Positions 1 through 8,460 of a stretch of DNA of 32,000 nt are shown piece after piece. Both the position numbers and the translations under genes were made by a program. The stretch's first letter is position 1, and each line of letters starts with the position of its first letter. The DNA lies in assembly GCF_000341895.1 (NCBI RefSeq), contig NC_020409.1, forward strand, positions 2,730,001 through 2,762,000, read 5' to 3'. The notes under the pieces are model-generated. The model was given only the letters and a program-made list of their open reading frames with translations. It was not told where the DNA came from and searched no databases. The DNA is from Pseudodesulfovibrio piezophilus C1TLV30 (lineage in GTDB: Bacteria > Desulfobacterota > Desulfovibrionia > Desulfovibrionales > Desulfovibrionaceae).

Positions 1-242
1 ATGCCATTGCTGATGGTCGGGCTGTGACAGGAAGACAGGCGCTTGCTCTTGGTCTGGTGGATATGCTTGGGAGTGAAGAACAGGCTTGTGAGAAACTGAA
101 AGAAATGTGCAGTATAGAAGGGGCGGTCACTCTTGTGGAAGGCCCCGTTGAAGAAAAGTCCTTGATTCAGGAAATTATAGGTTCGCTTTCCATTAACCTG
201 ACCTCTTCTCTTCCGAACGGATGGACTTTTTCCTACAAATAA
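1..242 (+). CDS. sppA: signal peptide peptidase SppA (36K type), C-terminal fragment; the 5' end lies outside the window
   Basis: Frame 3 is open from base 3 (AIADGRAVTGRQALALGLVDMLGSEE...), with stop TAA at 240-242. The G-R-x-x-T-G-x-Q-A-x-x-x-G-L-V-D-x-L-G motif is typical of the SppA C-terminus. The 'M' in the ORF track is an internal GTG valine. Confidence 0.55.
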   Translation, partial: AIADGRAVTGRQALALGLVDMLGSEEQACEKLKEMCSIEGAVTLVEGPVEEKSLIQEIIGSLSINLTSSLPNGWTFSYK

Positions 243-481
243 AATGAATTCTGCCAGTTTCCTTGCTGGGTACCCTTCCTCAAAAAAATCTCATTGAAAA
301 TCGAAACGTCCAATTTTTTAGGATAATTCGACACTTCTCTCTCAGAGTCAATGGGGCTGTTTTCAAACCCATCTGGTCCACTTTTCGTTATTCTAATAAA
401 AAAATATCAAGCCTATGGCATGGACCTCGGATTGGTGTGGTCCGGCGTTGAGGCGGCTCCGATCAGTCTGGAACAGGGGTG

Positions 482-1204
482 CTATCGAACTGCGTAAAGG
501 GAGTATTCCATAAAGCGGGTTAACAGGTCCGTAGATTCAGGAGTCTCACAAACCTCACTCAGGAGTGATTCAATGTCCCCGTGGTTTTGTGTTATGCATT
601 CTGCCTGGCGGGTGATGTAGCACCGCATGTCTTCTGCGCTGAATTCAGGGTGGAATTGAACTCCCCACATGTTCGCACCGATACGAAAGGCTTGATGTGG
701 TTCATGGTCACTGGTCGCAAGAAGAGTGGCATTGGATGGAAGAATGTTGGCGTGCTGATGGTGCGTCGTATGTCCTGCGAAGCGGTTTGGCATGCTGAAA
801 AACAGGGGATCATCCTCAGCCGCTGGTGTGAGCGAGATTGTTTTTGTGCCGATTTCTGGCCCTTGTGGGTGAAATCCTGATTGTCCGCCATGAATCATGG
901 CAAGCAATTGATGTCCGAAGCAAATTCCGAGGATGGGAAGTCCTGTTTCTCCAGCAGAATAAAGCCAGTCGCCTGTTCCATGAATCCATTCAAGATCATC
1001 GGTCACCATGTCGTGCGAGCCGGTAATCACACACCCGTCATAGTGAGTGGGATCAGGAAGTATGGCACCTGTCCTGACATCAACGCAGTTACATTCATCA
1101 GGTGCAAGCTCCATGGATGCGGCTACCCAATGCTCGAAATCACCGTGTTCAGAGGCAAAGTCTGGAAAGGTTCCACCTGTTTTGATGATAAGAAATGATT
1201 TCAT
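482..1204 (-). CDS. class-I (type 1) glutamine amidotransferase, GuaA-like GATase domain protein
   Basis: 240-aa ORF. It has the nucleophile-elbow motif GICFGHQLL and the catalytic His-Glu context VQFHPEF, both typical of triad GATases. Confidence 0.8.
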   Translation of the reverse strand: MKSFLIIKTGGTFPDFASEHGDFEHWVAASMELAPDECNCVDVRTGAILPDPTHYDGCVITGSHDMVTDDLEWIHGTGDWLYSAGETGLPILGICFGHQLLAMIHGGQSGFHPQGPEIGTKTISLTPAAEDDPLFFSMPNRFAGHTTHHQHANILPSNATLLATSDHEPHQAFRIGANMWGVQFHPEFSAEDMRCYITRQAECITQNHGDIESLLSEVCETPESTDLLTRFMEYSLYAVR

Positions 1205-1544
1205 TATTATCGAGGAAATTTTTGTGAGTTGCTGTGTTTATTATCCTAAAATGCGCTGATATATCGTGCATGTCAACAGGTGAGCCAGACGAGTCGAGTA
1301 ACTGCGAAAGCGTGTGTCATCTTTGGGAAGGACTCTCTTTGCTCCAGTGCTGCTTCACAAAGTCTCATTCTATTTCAGCATCAGCTGTGCTGTTTTACAG
1401 GGCTTCTGCCGTGGTAAACGAGGTTCACAGAACAGCGAACTTCAGGTTCTTATCTGCCCAATGAAGATTGAAGTCGTGGTCGTCGCGCTTTTATTTGCAA
1501 GGCAACTCTGATATGATGAATCGATAAAATGAATGAGGTGATAT

Positions 1545-2057
1545 ATGAATAATTTGAAGCGACTGAGCACCATATTTTTGTTTTCTCTGTTTTTGGTGGC
1601 CTGTTCGGGTGGAAGTCCGGCCGAAGGGGAACCGAATTCGAAAGATGAAGGTGCGACAGGTGGTGAGTTTCAGCATATGGGCGTGAGTGAACTTGAAACC
1701 TATCTGACGGCCAATCAAGGGAAGCCTACGCTCATGTTTTTTTGGACGACATGGTGTCCATCGTGCAAACAGGAAATCCCTGAAATGGAAGCCCTGGCGA
1801 AATCGCACGGCGATTCTGTTAACGTGATTGCCGTTTCATTGGATGAAAAAGTCGAAGCCTTAGAAACATTTTTTGAGAAAAGGAAGATTGACTTGCCGGT
1901 CTATATCGGTGACGAGGAGCTTGCGCGTCAGTTTGGGATTGAAGCCATTCCCACATTGGTCATGTTTGACAAGAGCGGTAAGCAGGTCTTTGCCAAGCCT
2001 GGTGTTTTCCCCCACGCAATGCTGAAAAGCATGGCCGAAGAGCTTGCCGGGAAATAG
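1545..2057 (+). CDS. TlpA/ResA-family thiol:disulfide oxidoreductase (thioredoxin-fold) lipoprotein
   Basis: Lipobox-like signal peptide (LFLVAC-SGG). Thioredoxin active site WCPSC in the context FFWTTWCPSCKQEIPEM. SD-like GAGG lies upstream of the ATG at 1545. Confidence 0.8.
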   Translation: MNNLKRLSTIFLFSLFLVACSGGSPAEGEPNSKDEGATGGEFQHMGVSELETYLTANQGKPTLMFFWTTWCPSCKQEIPEMEALAKSHGDSVNVIAVSLDEKVEALETFFEKRKIDLPVYIGDEELARQFGIEAIPTLVMFDKSGKQVFAKPGVFPHAMLKSMAEELAGK

Positions 2058-2058
2058 A

Positions 2059-2517
2059 ATGATCCGTAAAGCCCGTATCGAGGACGTCAAGACGATCCAC
2101 GGCCTGCTCATGCACCGTGAGGAGCATGAGGGGTTGGTGTTACCCCGGTCCTTTAGCCAGTTGTATTCTCATTTGCGTGATTTTTTTGTGGTGACAGATA
2201 ACTCTGGAGCAGTGATCGGCTGCTGTGCCTTGAATATTATCTGGGAAAATCTGGCCGAGATTCGTTCTTTGGTGGTTTTACCTGAGCACCGGGGCAAAAA
2301 ATTCGGCCGGGAACTGGTTGAAGCTTGTCTGAGCGAATCCGTGACTCTCGGAATATACCGGGTATACACGCTCACAGAGCAGACCGGTTTTTTCGCTCAT
2401 TTGGGATTTGTCAAGGAAGAGATGGATACGCTGAACCAAAAGGTCTTTGCCGACTGTCTTAACTGTCCTCGTTTTCCTGATTTTTGTAACGAAGTTGCCA
2501 TGGTCATGGCGCTGTGA
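2059..2517 (+). CDS. GNAT-family N-acetyltransferase (ArgA-like small acetyltransferase)
   Basis: MIRKARIEDVKTIHGLL..., with acetyl-CoA binding motif LVVLPEHRGKKFGRELV. The ATG at 2059 is 1 nt after the upstream stop, which suggests coupling. The track's TTG at 2044 is less likely. Confidence 0.7.
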   Translation: MIRKARIEDVKTIHGLLMHREEHEGLVLPRSFSQLYSHLRDFFVVTDNSGAVIGCCALNIIWENLAEIRSLVVLPEHRGKKFGRELVEACLSESVTLGIYRVYTLTEQTGFFAHLGFVKEEMDTLNQKVFADCLNCPRFPDFCNEVAMVMAL

Positions 2518-2655
2518 TCTCTGAATACGCACGAGAGACAGGCAAAAAAAACGGTCGGTTCAATCGTGCCGCTAAGCGAGAATCAAACAAGGGCGGCAGC
2601 AGTTATCGTTGCTTCCCTTATGACATATTAATATGAACCTTTAAGGTAGTTTAAA

Positions 2656-3183
2656 ATGGGACATAGACTGACACCCTTTATAACAGCAGAGCAGATTGCA
2701 GAACGAGTCAAGGAACTGGGTAAGGAAATTACCACCAGCTATGACGGAAAAGAGCCGCTGGTCTGTATCTGTGTGCTCAAGGGAGCATTTCTCTTTTTTT
2801 CTGATATTATTCGCAAGATAGATCGGGAGTTGGAAGTCGATTTCGTTCGGCTCGCCAGCTATGGGACAGCGACCTCCCGGAGTGAGGATATTGTTTTTTC
2901 CAAAGACCTTGAAATCGCCATAGAAGGCAAAGATGTTCTGGTCATTGAAGATATAGTGGATACCGGGCACTCCATGGATTTCCTTTTGCATGTTCTTCGC
3001 AGAAGAAACCCAAAGAGTTTGAAAGTTTGCTCACTTATTGATAAGCATGAGCGCAGGGAGAAAAAGGTTATTGTGGACTTCGCCGGTTTTAAGCTGAGCG
3101 ATGGGTTTATTGTCGGCTATGGTCTTGACTATGCCGAACGGTACAGAGAGCTGGATGGAATTTACGAATTATCTACTGAATAA
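2656..3183 (+). CDS. hpt: hypoxanthine(-guanine) phosphoribosyltransferase
   Basis: 175 aa with the PRPP-binding motif VLVIEDIVDTGHSM and the conserved C-terminal GYGLDYAERYRELDGIY. Confidence 0.85.
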   Translation: MGHRLTPFITAEQIAERVKELGKEITTSYDGKEPLVCICVLKGAFLFFSDIIRKIDRELEVDFVRLASYGTATSRSEDIVFSKDLEIAIEGKDVLVIEDIVDTGHSMDFLLHVLRRRNPKSLKVCSLIDKHERREKKVIVDFAGFKLSDGFIVGYGLDYAERYRELDGIYELSTE

Positions 3184-3203
3184 GGATAGTTGGAGATAAC
3201 CTT

Positions 3204-4538
3204 ATGATCGTCACCTGCCCGAATTGCCAGACCCGATACAACCTGCCCGACGACAAGGTCCCGGCCGGTGGGGCGAAAGTCAAGTGCTCCAAATGCGCTC
3301 ACGTCTTCAAGGCGGAGTTGCCTGCGGCCACGCCTGAGGATGAAGTCGAGAATTTGTTGGAGGAAGAGTCTCAGGCACCGGATTCCGGTGTTGGGGATGA
3401 TTTCGATGAAACGTTCGATGAAGTTGCTTCCGGCGGCGGAGTCGCCCAGTCCGATGACGAATCGGCTGATGAAGCTCAAGCTGGTGCGGACGACGAGAGT
3501 GAATCCGGGGACAGCGCTGAGGCTTCGCCAACCGTTGATGAGGCTCCCGAAGATGCACCCACGGAGACAACCGATCCGGCACCGTCCGGCGATGATATGC
3601 CGGATGAAGATATGCCCGGCATGGATGATCTCTTCGATGATTCCGAGACTGCCCCGGAGCCGGAAGAGGGGGCAACCCCTACTGGTGGTCTGGATGAGGC
3701 AACTGCCCGCGATGTCGAATCCCTATTTGGCGATGATGAAAGTGATCTTTTCGAGGATGATTCGGAAAGTGACGAAGATGATGATCTTTTTGATGAAGAG
3801 GATGGATCGGATGCGGATCTCTTTGCCGATTCTGATTCCGACACTGAAGATGAGTCTGATGGTGATCAAGCTGAGGACAACGAAACAGACCCTGATGAAG
3901 AATATGAGGGGGAAGTGGATTTCGGGCTTGATGAAGAGCCGCAAAAGAGCAATCGAAAATCGCTTGGGTGCTTGATAACGCTGTTGGTCGTTATTCTCGC
4001 TGTGAGCGGTATTCTCTATTTCAAAGCCTGGACGCTCATTGGCCTGGATCTTGGATCGTATTTCCAGAATGTGCCGTATATTGGTAAATTATTTATGGAA
4101 GATGGCGGAGATGCAGAGGATGTCCCTCCGGGAGAATCCCCGGCCGAAAATTTCCGCAAGATTCAGCTGATCAATGTGAACCAATACTATGTGGCCAATG
4201 AAAAAACCGGGAACTTGTTCGTAGTGGAAGGCAAGGCTGTGAACAAATTCTCGACGCCAAAGGAACAGATCAAGGTCGAGGTCGTTCTGTACGATGGGAA
4301 GGGAAATGCCCTGACTTCCCAGGCGTTCCTTTGTGGTAATGTGCTTTCGCAATTTCAGTTGCAGGTTCAGACGCGTGAGGAAATCGAGCAAGGGTTGGCG
4401 AGTGAGGTTGGCATTCTCTCCAACAACACGTTCATCCGGCCGGGAGCCTCAACACCGTTCATGGCCGTTTTCTTCGACACACCACCCAATGTTCAGGAGC
4501 TGATTGCTCGTGTCGTCGCTGTAGGCGAGCCAGAATAA
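3204..4538 (+). CDS. zinc-ribbon (MJ0042-type finger) protein with a long acidic disordered linker, one TM helix and a DUF3426-like C-terminal domain
   Basis: N-terminus has CPNC...CSKC (MIVTCPNCQTRYNLPDD..KVKCSKCAHVF). A D/E/S-rich stretch of about 200 aa follows, then the TM segment LGCLITLLVVILAVSGILYF and a C-terminal domain of about 170 aa. Confidence 0.7.
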   Translation: MIVTCPNCQTRYNLPDDKVPAGGAKVKCSKCAHVFKAELPAATPEDEVENLLEEESQAPDSGVGDDFDETFDEVASGGGVAQSDDESADEAQAGADDESESGDSAEASPTVDEAPEDAPTETTDPAPSGDDMPDEDMPGMDDLFDDSETAPEPEEGATPTGGLDEATARDVESLFGDDESDLFEDDSESDEDDDLFDEEDGSDADLFADSDSDTEDESDGDQAEDNETDPDEEYEGEVDFGLDEEPQKSNRKSLGCLITLLVVILAVSGILYFKAWTLIGLDLGSYFQNVPYIGKLFMEDGGDAEDVPPGESPAENFRKIQLINVNQYYVANEKTGNLFVVEGKAVNKFSTPKEQIKVEVVLYDGKGNALTSQAFLCGNVLSQFQLQVQTREEIEQGLASEVGILSNNTFIRPGASTPFMAVFFDTPPNVQELIARVVAVGEPE

Positions 4539-4563
4539 CTTCTTGAGTCAATCAATCTCATTC

Positions 4564-4604
4564 AAGCCGTGGCGTGAACTCGATGCCACGGCTTGTTTCT
4601 TTTC
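4564..4604 (+). terminator. rho-independent terminator after the zinc-ribbon gene
   Basis: 10-bp stem AAGCCGTGGC / GCCACGGCTT (4564-4573 / 4585-4594) followed by GTTTCTTTT. Confidence 0.6.
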
Positions 4605-4800
4605 GGCAAAAGGCCGTAAAGGGCTAAAGGATTTCACAAGGACGGCCAGATTGTTTTTTCGTTTGAGCAGAGCAGTATGAAAATGAGGAGACGCTTGCTG
4701 ATGTCTCGTTTTTCTTCATGGGAAAAAGTTTGGGAAAAAGAGTGCATATTCGGAAAAACGCATTGACGGGAATTGTCGCGTTGTGCTACTTCTCCTCCAC

Positions 4801-4818
4801 TTGTGAAGGATTGCACGA
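4801..4818. promoter_or_regulatory. candidate Rex operator upstream of atpZ
   Basis: TTGTGAA-GGAT-TGCACGA compared with the Rex consensus TTGTGAA-N4-TTCACAA. The left half matches 7/7 and the right half 5/7. It sits 65 nt upstream of the atpZ start. Confidence 0.4.
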
Positions 4819-4882
4819 ATTGCTTCTTTTTGCTGGGAGTCCTTTCAGGGCAGAGTAAAAAACCTCTTCACAGGATAAAAGC

Positions 4883-5185
4883 ATGTTCTTTTCTCAAGAC
4901 GATCGTATGGTCAAGATTGTACAGGTAGGTGGAACCGCCAGTACGATGGGACTCCACATAGTGTCAGCTACTATCGTTGGGCTGGCTCTGGGGTATTTTC
5001 TGGATGACTATTTTGGAACCAAACCCTGGCTTCTCATGATTTTTTTCTTTCTGGGGGTTGTTGCCGGTTTCAAGATGATGATTGAGGATTTCCGGAAATT
5101 ACAGCGACGGCAGGAAGAGCAACAGCGTGGTTCATTGAAACAGGATGGAGAAAATGGTGCTGGAGACAATCAATCAAAAGGTTGA
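4883..5185 (+). CDS. atpZ: AtpZ/AtpR-type small membrane protein of the F0F1 ATPase operon (ATPase_gene1 family)
   Basis: Two-TM hairpin GLHIVSATIVGLALGYFLDDYFGTKPWLLMIFFFLGVVAGF, typical of the family. It occupies the first position of the atp F0 operon. The start could be the ATG at 4907 instead. Confidence 0.65.
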   Translation: MFFSQDDRMVKIVQVGGTASTMGLHIVSATIVGLALGYFLDDYFGTKPWLLMIFFFLGVVAGFKMMIEDFRKLQRRQEEQQRGSLKQDGENGAGDNQSKG

Positions 5186-5576
5186 ACCATTCCTTGTCAA
5201 AGGTGGTTTTAAACGGCCTGAGACGCGTGTTGTCGTCCGCAACCAGATTTACGTGTCGCTGGGGACCTCTCTCGTGATCGTGCTGGTAACATTGTTTTCT
5301 CGGTGGTCTCTTGCTTACGCGGCCGGAGCGATACTCGCTCTTGTCAATTTCTGGGCACTGGCCCGCATAGCCCAGGTATTGGTGCACGACCGCAAGAACG
5401 GACCATTCGCCCTGTTTGTTATATTCATAGTGAAGATGACTCTGAGCGGGTTGGCCCTGTATTGGTTGATCGGAGTCGAACGAGTTCCTCACTGGGGATT
5501 GATTTCAGGTCTTGGGACCGTGCCACTGAATGTGGCCGTGACCGGGTTGAGTCAGTTGGGGAACACAAAGGGATAG
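5145..5576 (+). CDS. atpI: ATP synthase protein I
   Basis: 143-aa polytopic membrane protein lying directly upstream of atpB. It overlaps the atpZ 3' end by about 41 nt in another frame. Confidence 0.6.
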   Translation: MEKMVLETINQKVEPFLVKGGFKRPETRVVVRNQIYVSLGTSLVIVLVTLFSRWSLAYAAGAILALVNFWALARIAQVLVHDRKNGPFALFVIFIVKMTLSGLALYWLIGVERVPHWGLISGLGTVPLNVAVTGLSQLGNTKG

Positions 5577-5596
5577 ATTCTCAAGGAGGCTTGGAT

Positions 5597-6319
5597 ATGG
5601 GTTTCGCAGGCGGACTTCCGCACCCTCTTCTGTACGCTGACATGATCAAATCCATTGGTCATTGGGGCGAGCACGTTGAACACGCGCTTGGCGTTCAGTC
5701 CATCAACCATGTTTTGTACATGTGGTTGGCAATGGGCATTCTTTTTACTCTCGGATTGATTGTCCGCGGTCGCCTTCAATTGGTTCCCGGCGGCCTGCAA
5801 AATCTTTTCGAGACCATCATCGGTGGGCTGGAAGACTTTACTGTTGCCAATCTGGGGCAGGAAGGTCGTCAGTTTATGCCGCTTCTGTGTACGATCTTTC
5901 TTTTTGTTCTGACTATGAACTACATCGGTTTGGTTCCCGGATGCGATGCTCCTACGGCGAACATCAACACTCCGGCAGCCATGGCTATCATTGTTTTCTT
6001 GTTCTACAATTTCGTGGGTATCAAGAAATGGGGTGGCGGTTACATCAAGCACTTCATGGGACCGGTTCTCTTTCTGTCCCCGCTCATGTTGATACTTGAG
6101 CCTATTTCGCACATCGCACGTCCGTTGAGCCTGACACTGCGTCTGTTTGGTAATATCCGTGGTGAGGAAATCGTCCTTATCCTGATGTTCCTTCTGGCTC
6201 CGGTGCTTGGCTCTCTGCCCATGTACTTCCTGTTCATCCTTGCCAAGACCATCCAGGCATTTATTTTCTTCATGCTGACGATGCTCTATCTGCAAGGCTC
6301 CATTGAGCACGCTCATTAG
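5597..6319 (+). CDS. atpB: F0F1 ATP synthase subunit a
   Basis: The ATG at 5597 is preceded by AAGGAGG (5583-5589). Conserved subunit-a motifs include LSLTLRLFGNIRGEE (essential Arg) and FIFFMLTMLYL. The track's upstream extension from 5303 overlaps atpI and was rejected. Confidence 0.9.
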   Translation: MGFAGGLPHPLLYADMIKSIGHWGEHVEHALGVQSINHVLYMWLAMGILFTLGLIVRGRLQLVPGGLQNLFETIIGGLEDFTVANLGQEGRQFMPLLCTIFLFVLTMNYIGLVPGCDAPTANINTPAAMAIIVFLFYNFVGIKKWGGGYIKHFMGPVLFLSPLMLILEPISHIARPLSLTLRLFGNIRGEEIVLILMFLLAPVLGSLPMYFLFILAKTIQAFIFFMLTMLYLQGSIEHAH

Positions 6320-6330
6320 GCGACGCTTGA

Positions 6331-6705
<375 letters not shown>

Positions 6706-6733
6706 TTTGAGACTGATGATATTGTGACTCGAA

Positions 6734-6757
6734 GGGAGGCCCAGGCCTCCCTTTTTC
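6734..6757 (+). terminator. rho-independent terminator after atpE
   Basis: GGGAGGC-CCAG-GCCTCCC hairpin followed by TTTTTC. Confidence 0.7.
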
Positions 6758-6767
6758 AGGTTCTTTC

Positions 6768-6785
6768 TTGTTAAAAATTTCACAT
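6768..6785. promoter_or_regulatory. candidate Rex operator upstream of rex (autoregulation)
   Basis: TTGTTAA-AAAT-TTCACAT compared with the consensus TTGTGAA-N4-TTCACAA, matching 6/7 in each half. It lies 39 nt upstream of the rex ATG, between the atpE terminator and rex. Confidence 0.55.
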
Positions 6786-6823
6786 GGTTGGGCTATCCCG
6801 GTCTTTTCGAGAGCCTTTGAGAG

Positions 6824-7456
6824 ATGAAAAGCGAACATATACCAAAAGCAACGATCGGTCGTCTGGCCGTCTATATTCAGGTACTTGAAAATCTTTTGCG
6901 TGATGGCAATGATGTTATTTCTTCAGAAAAACTCGCCCGCGCCTGCTCCGTGAATTCATCGCAGATCAGAAAAGATCTTGCCTACTTTGGCGAGTTCGGG
7001 GTCAGAGGCGTTGGATATTACGTTCAGGAACTCATCACATCCATCAAACAATCCCTTGGCATTGATCGAGTCTGGAAATGTGCCTTGATCGGTGTGGGGA
7101 ATATGGGGACTGCGCTTTTGCGTCACCATGATTTCGAGCGCAGGGGATTTCATATAGCAGCCGCATTCGACTGTGACCCCGATAAGATTGGACGCGAGTT
7201 CGAGGATCTGGAAATTGTCTGCCCTACGCATCTCAAGGAGCAGGCTCCAGAGATGGGGCTTGAGATAGGCATTATCACCACTCCTCCGGATCGTGCTCAG
7301 CGTGCGGCCAATCATTTGGTTGATGCGAATATCCGAGGCATTATCAATTTTGCCCCTGCTCGCATAAACGTCCCGGCACACATCCCTGTCGAGTATGTCG
7401 ATTTTTTTGATCATCTCTACGCAATAGCCTTTCAGATCACTCTCGGAAGCGATTAA
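6824..7456 (+). CDS. rex: redox-sensing transcriptional repressor Rex
   Basis: N-terminal winged helix (IPKATIGRLAVYIQVLENL...SSEKLA...SSQIRKDLAYFGEFGVRGVGY) plus a Rossmann NAD(H) site (ALIGVGNMGTALL). Confidence 0.9.
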   Translation: MKSEHIPKATIGRLAVYIQVLENLLRDGNDVISSEKLARACSVNSSQIRKDLAYFGEFGVRGVGYYVQELITSIKQSLGIDRVWKCALIGVGNMGTALLRHHDFERRGFHIAAAFDCDPDKIGREFEDLEIVCPTHLKEQAPEMGLEIGIITTPPDRAQRAANHLVDANIRGIINFAPARINVPAHIPVEYVDFFDHLYAIAFQITLGSD

Positions 7457-7525
7457 GGCGGGAGGGGAGAGATCTTTTCGATATCCGTCGAGACATTGAC
7501 GGCACGAGAGTTTTTATTCCCCCTC

Positions 7526-7597
7526 CTCATCATGAAAGAGTACAAGATCGGTGCATGTGGTAACGCATGCACCGATCTTGTACTCTTTCATGGTGAG
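7526..7597. repeat. long perfect inverted repeat (27-bp arms with an 8-nt spacer; 32 bp counting flanking pairs)
   Basis: CATGAAAGAGTACAAGATCGGTGCATG (7531-7557) is the exact reverse complement of 7566-7592. Pairing continues through 7526-7530 / 7593-7597 with one T:G. Confidence 0.9.
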
Positions 7598-7657
7598 CTT
7601 TTCTGTCCTGCCTTCAGGACAGAAAATATTCCGAGCGTAAGTGGCATTTGAGTGAGG

Positions 7658-7702
7658 GGAAAAACGTGTCCGGGCATGCCTGATTTTCAGACATGCCCGG
7701 AC
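7658..7702 (-). terminator. rho-independent terminator of the response-regulator gene
   Basis: 11-bp stem GTCCGGGCATG / CATGCCCGGAC (7668-7678 / 7692-7702). On the minus strand it is followed by ACGTTTTTCCCC. It starts 20 nt after the stop codon. Confidence 0.65.
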
Positions 7703-7721
7703 TTGTATGCAGAGAATTTCA

Positions 7722-8408
7722 TTATGCCTTGAATCGGTACCCGACCCCTCGAACAGTCTCGATGAAGATGGCATAGGGGCCAAGTTTTTGGCGTAAGCGC
7801 CGGACATGGGTATCGACAGTTCGAGAGTATCCTTCGAAGTGGGTGTCCCAGACGGTGTCGAGGAGGTTGTCTCGGGTTTGAACTTTGCCTGCACCGGATA
7901 TAAGCACGGTCAGAAGTTTGAATTCAGTCGCGGTCAAAGCGATCTCTTCACCGTCCACTGTCAGTTGATGCGCTTCAAAATCGACCTTCAGTCCATTCCT
8001 TTCCCAGAGTTTCGGAGCATCAGGCTCCGGTGCGCCAGAGCGGCGCAGGATGGCCTTGATTCGCAGGACGAGTTCTCTTGGTGAGAAGGGTTTGACAACG
8101 TAATCATCCGCACCGAGTTCCAGGCCGACGATCTTGTCAACCTCTTCACCCTTGGCGGTGAGCATGATCACAGGGATACGAGAAAGTTGGGAATCCGATT
8201 TCAATTGGCGGCAGGTTTCCAGACCATCCATGCCAGGCATCATGAGGTCCAGAAGAACAATGTCAGGCTTGAATGCTGACGCGAGGTTGAGGCCTCCCTG
8301 GCCATCTTCCGCGGCTGCGACATCGAATCCGGCGGAGCTAAGATTGTACTTGAGCAATTCCCTGGTGTCCCGGTGGTCTTCAACGACCAATACTTTCTGT
8401 GCAGACAC
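7722..8408 (-). CDS. OmpR/PhoB-family two-component response regulator (PhoB-like)
   Basis: Receiver domain (VLVVEDHRDTRELL, DLMMPGMDG, LTAKG). Winged-helix output domain (LTATEFKLLTVL...RTVDTHVRRLRQKL...IETVRGVGYRF). There is no adjacent histidine kinase. Confidence 0.9.
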   Translation of the reverse strand: MSAQKVLVVEDHRDTRELLKYNLSSAGFDVAAAEDGQGGLNLASAFKPDIVLLDLMMPGMDGLETCRQLKSDSQLSRIPVIMLTAKGEEVDKIVGLELGADDYVVKPFSPRELVLRIKAILRRSGAPEPDAPKLWERNGLKVDFEAHQLTVDGEEIALTATEFKLLTVLISGAGKVQTRDNLLDTVWDTHFEGYSRTVDTHVRRLRQKLGPYAIFIETVRGVGYRFKA

Positions 8409-8460
8409 GGTTGAATCTCCTTGATGGATTTGATTGTTACGGCCTGCTATAGCCCAATTA

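Noticed and set aside
3268-3975. Long alternative-frame and antisense ORFs (3268-3975 +, 3307-3675 -, 3476-3844 -, 3723-3944 -) inside the zinc-ribbon gene
   Set aside because: They coincide with the GAW-rich acidic linker. Their translations are low-complexity (R/K/M-rich or S-rich) and lack starts with an SD. They are compositional shadows of the real frame.
4627-4643. TTTCACAAGG half-site resembling a Rex box
   Set aside because: Only one half-site matches. The expected left half (GGCTAAA) does not match TTGTGAA.
5303-5596. N-terminal extension of atpB in the ORF track (start at 5303)
   Set aside because: The extension overlaps atpI in another frame and has non-membrane, Arg/Ser-rich junk composition. 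The ATG at 5597 has a perfect AAGGAGG and begins the conserved subunit-a sequence.
7514-7894. 126-aa minus-strand ORF spanning the hairpin region and the 3' end of the response regulator
   Set aside because: It runs through three stem-loops and overlaps the regulator gene out of frame. It has no SD or family resemblance.
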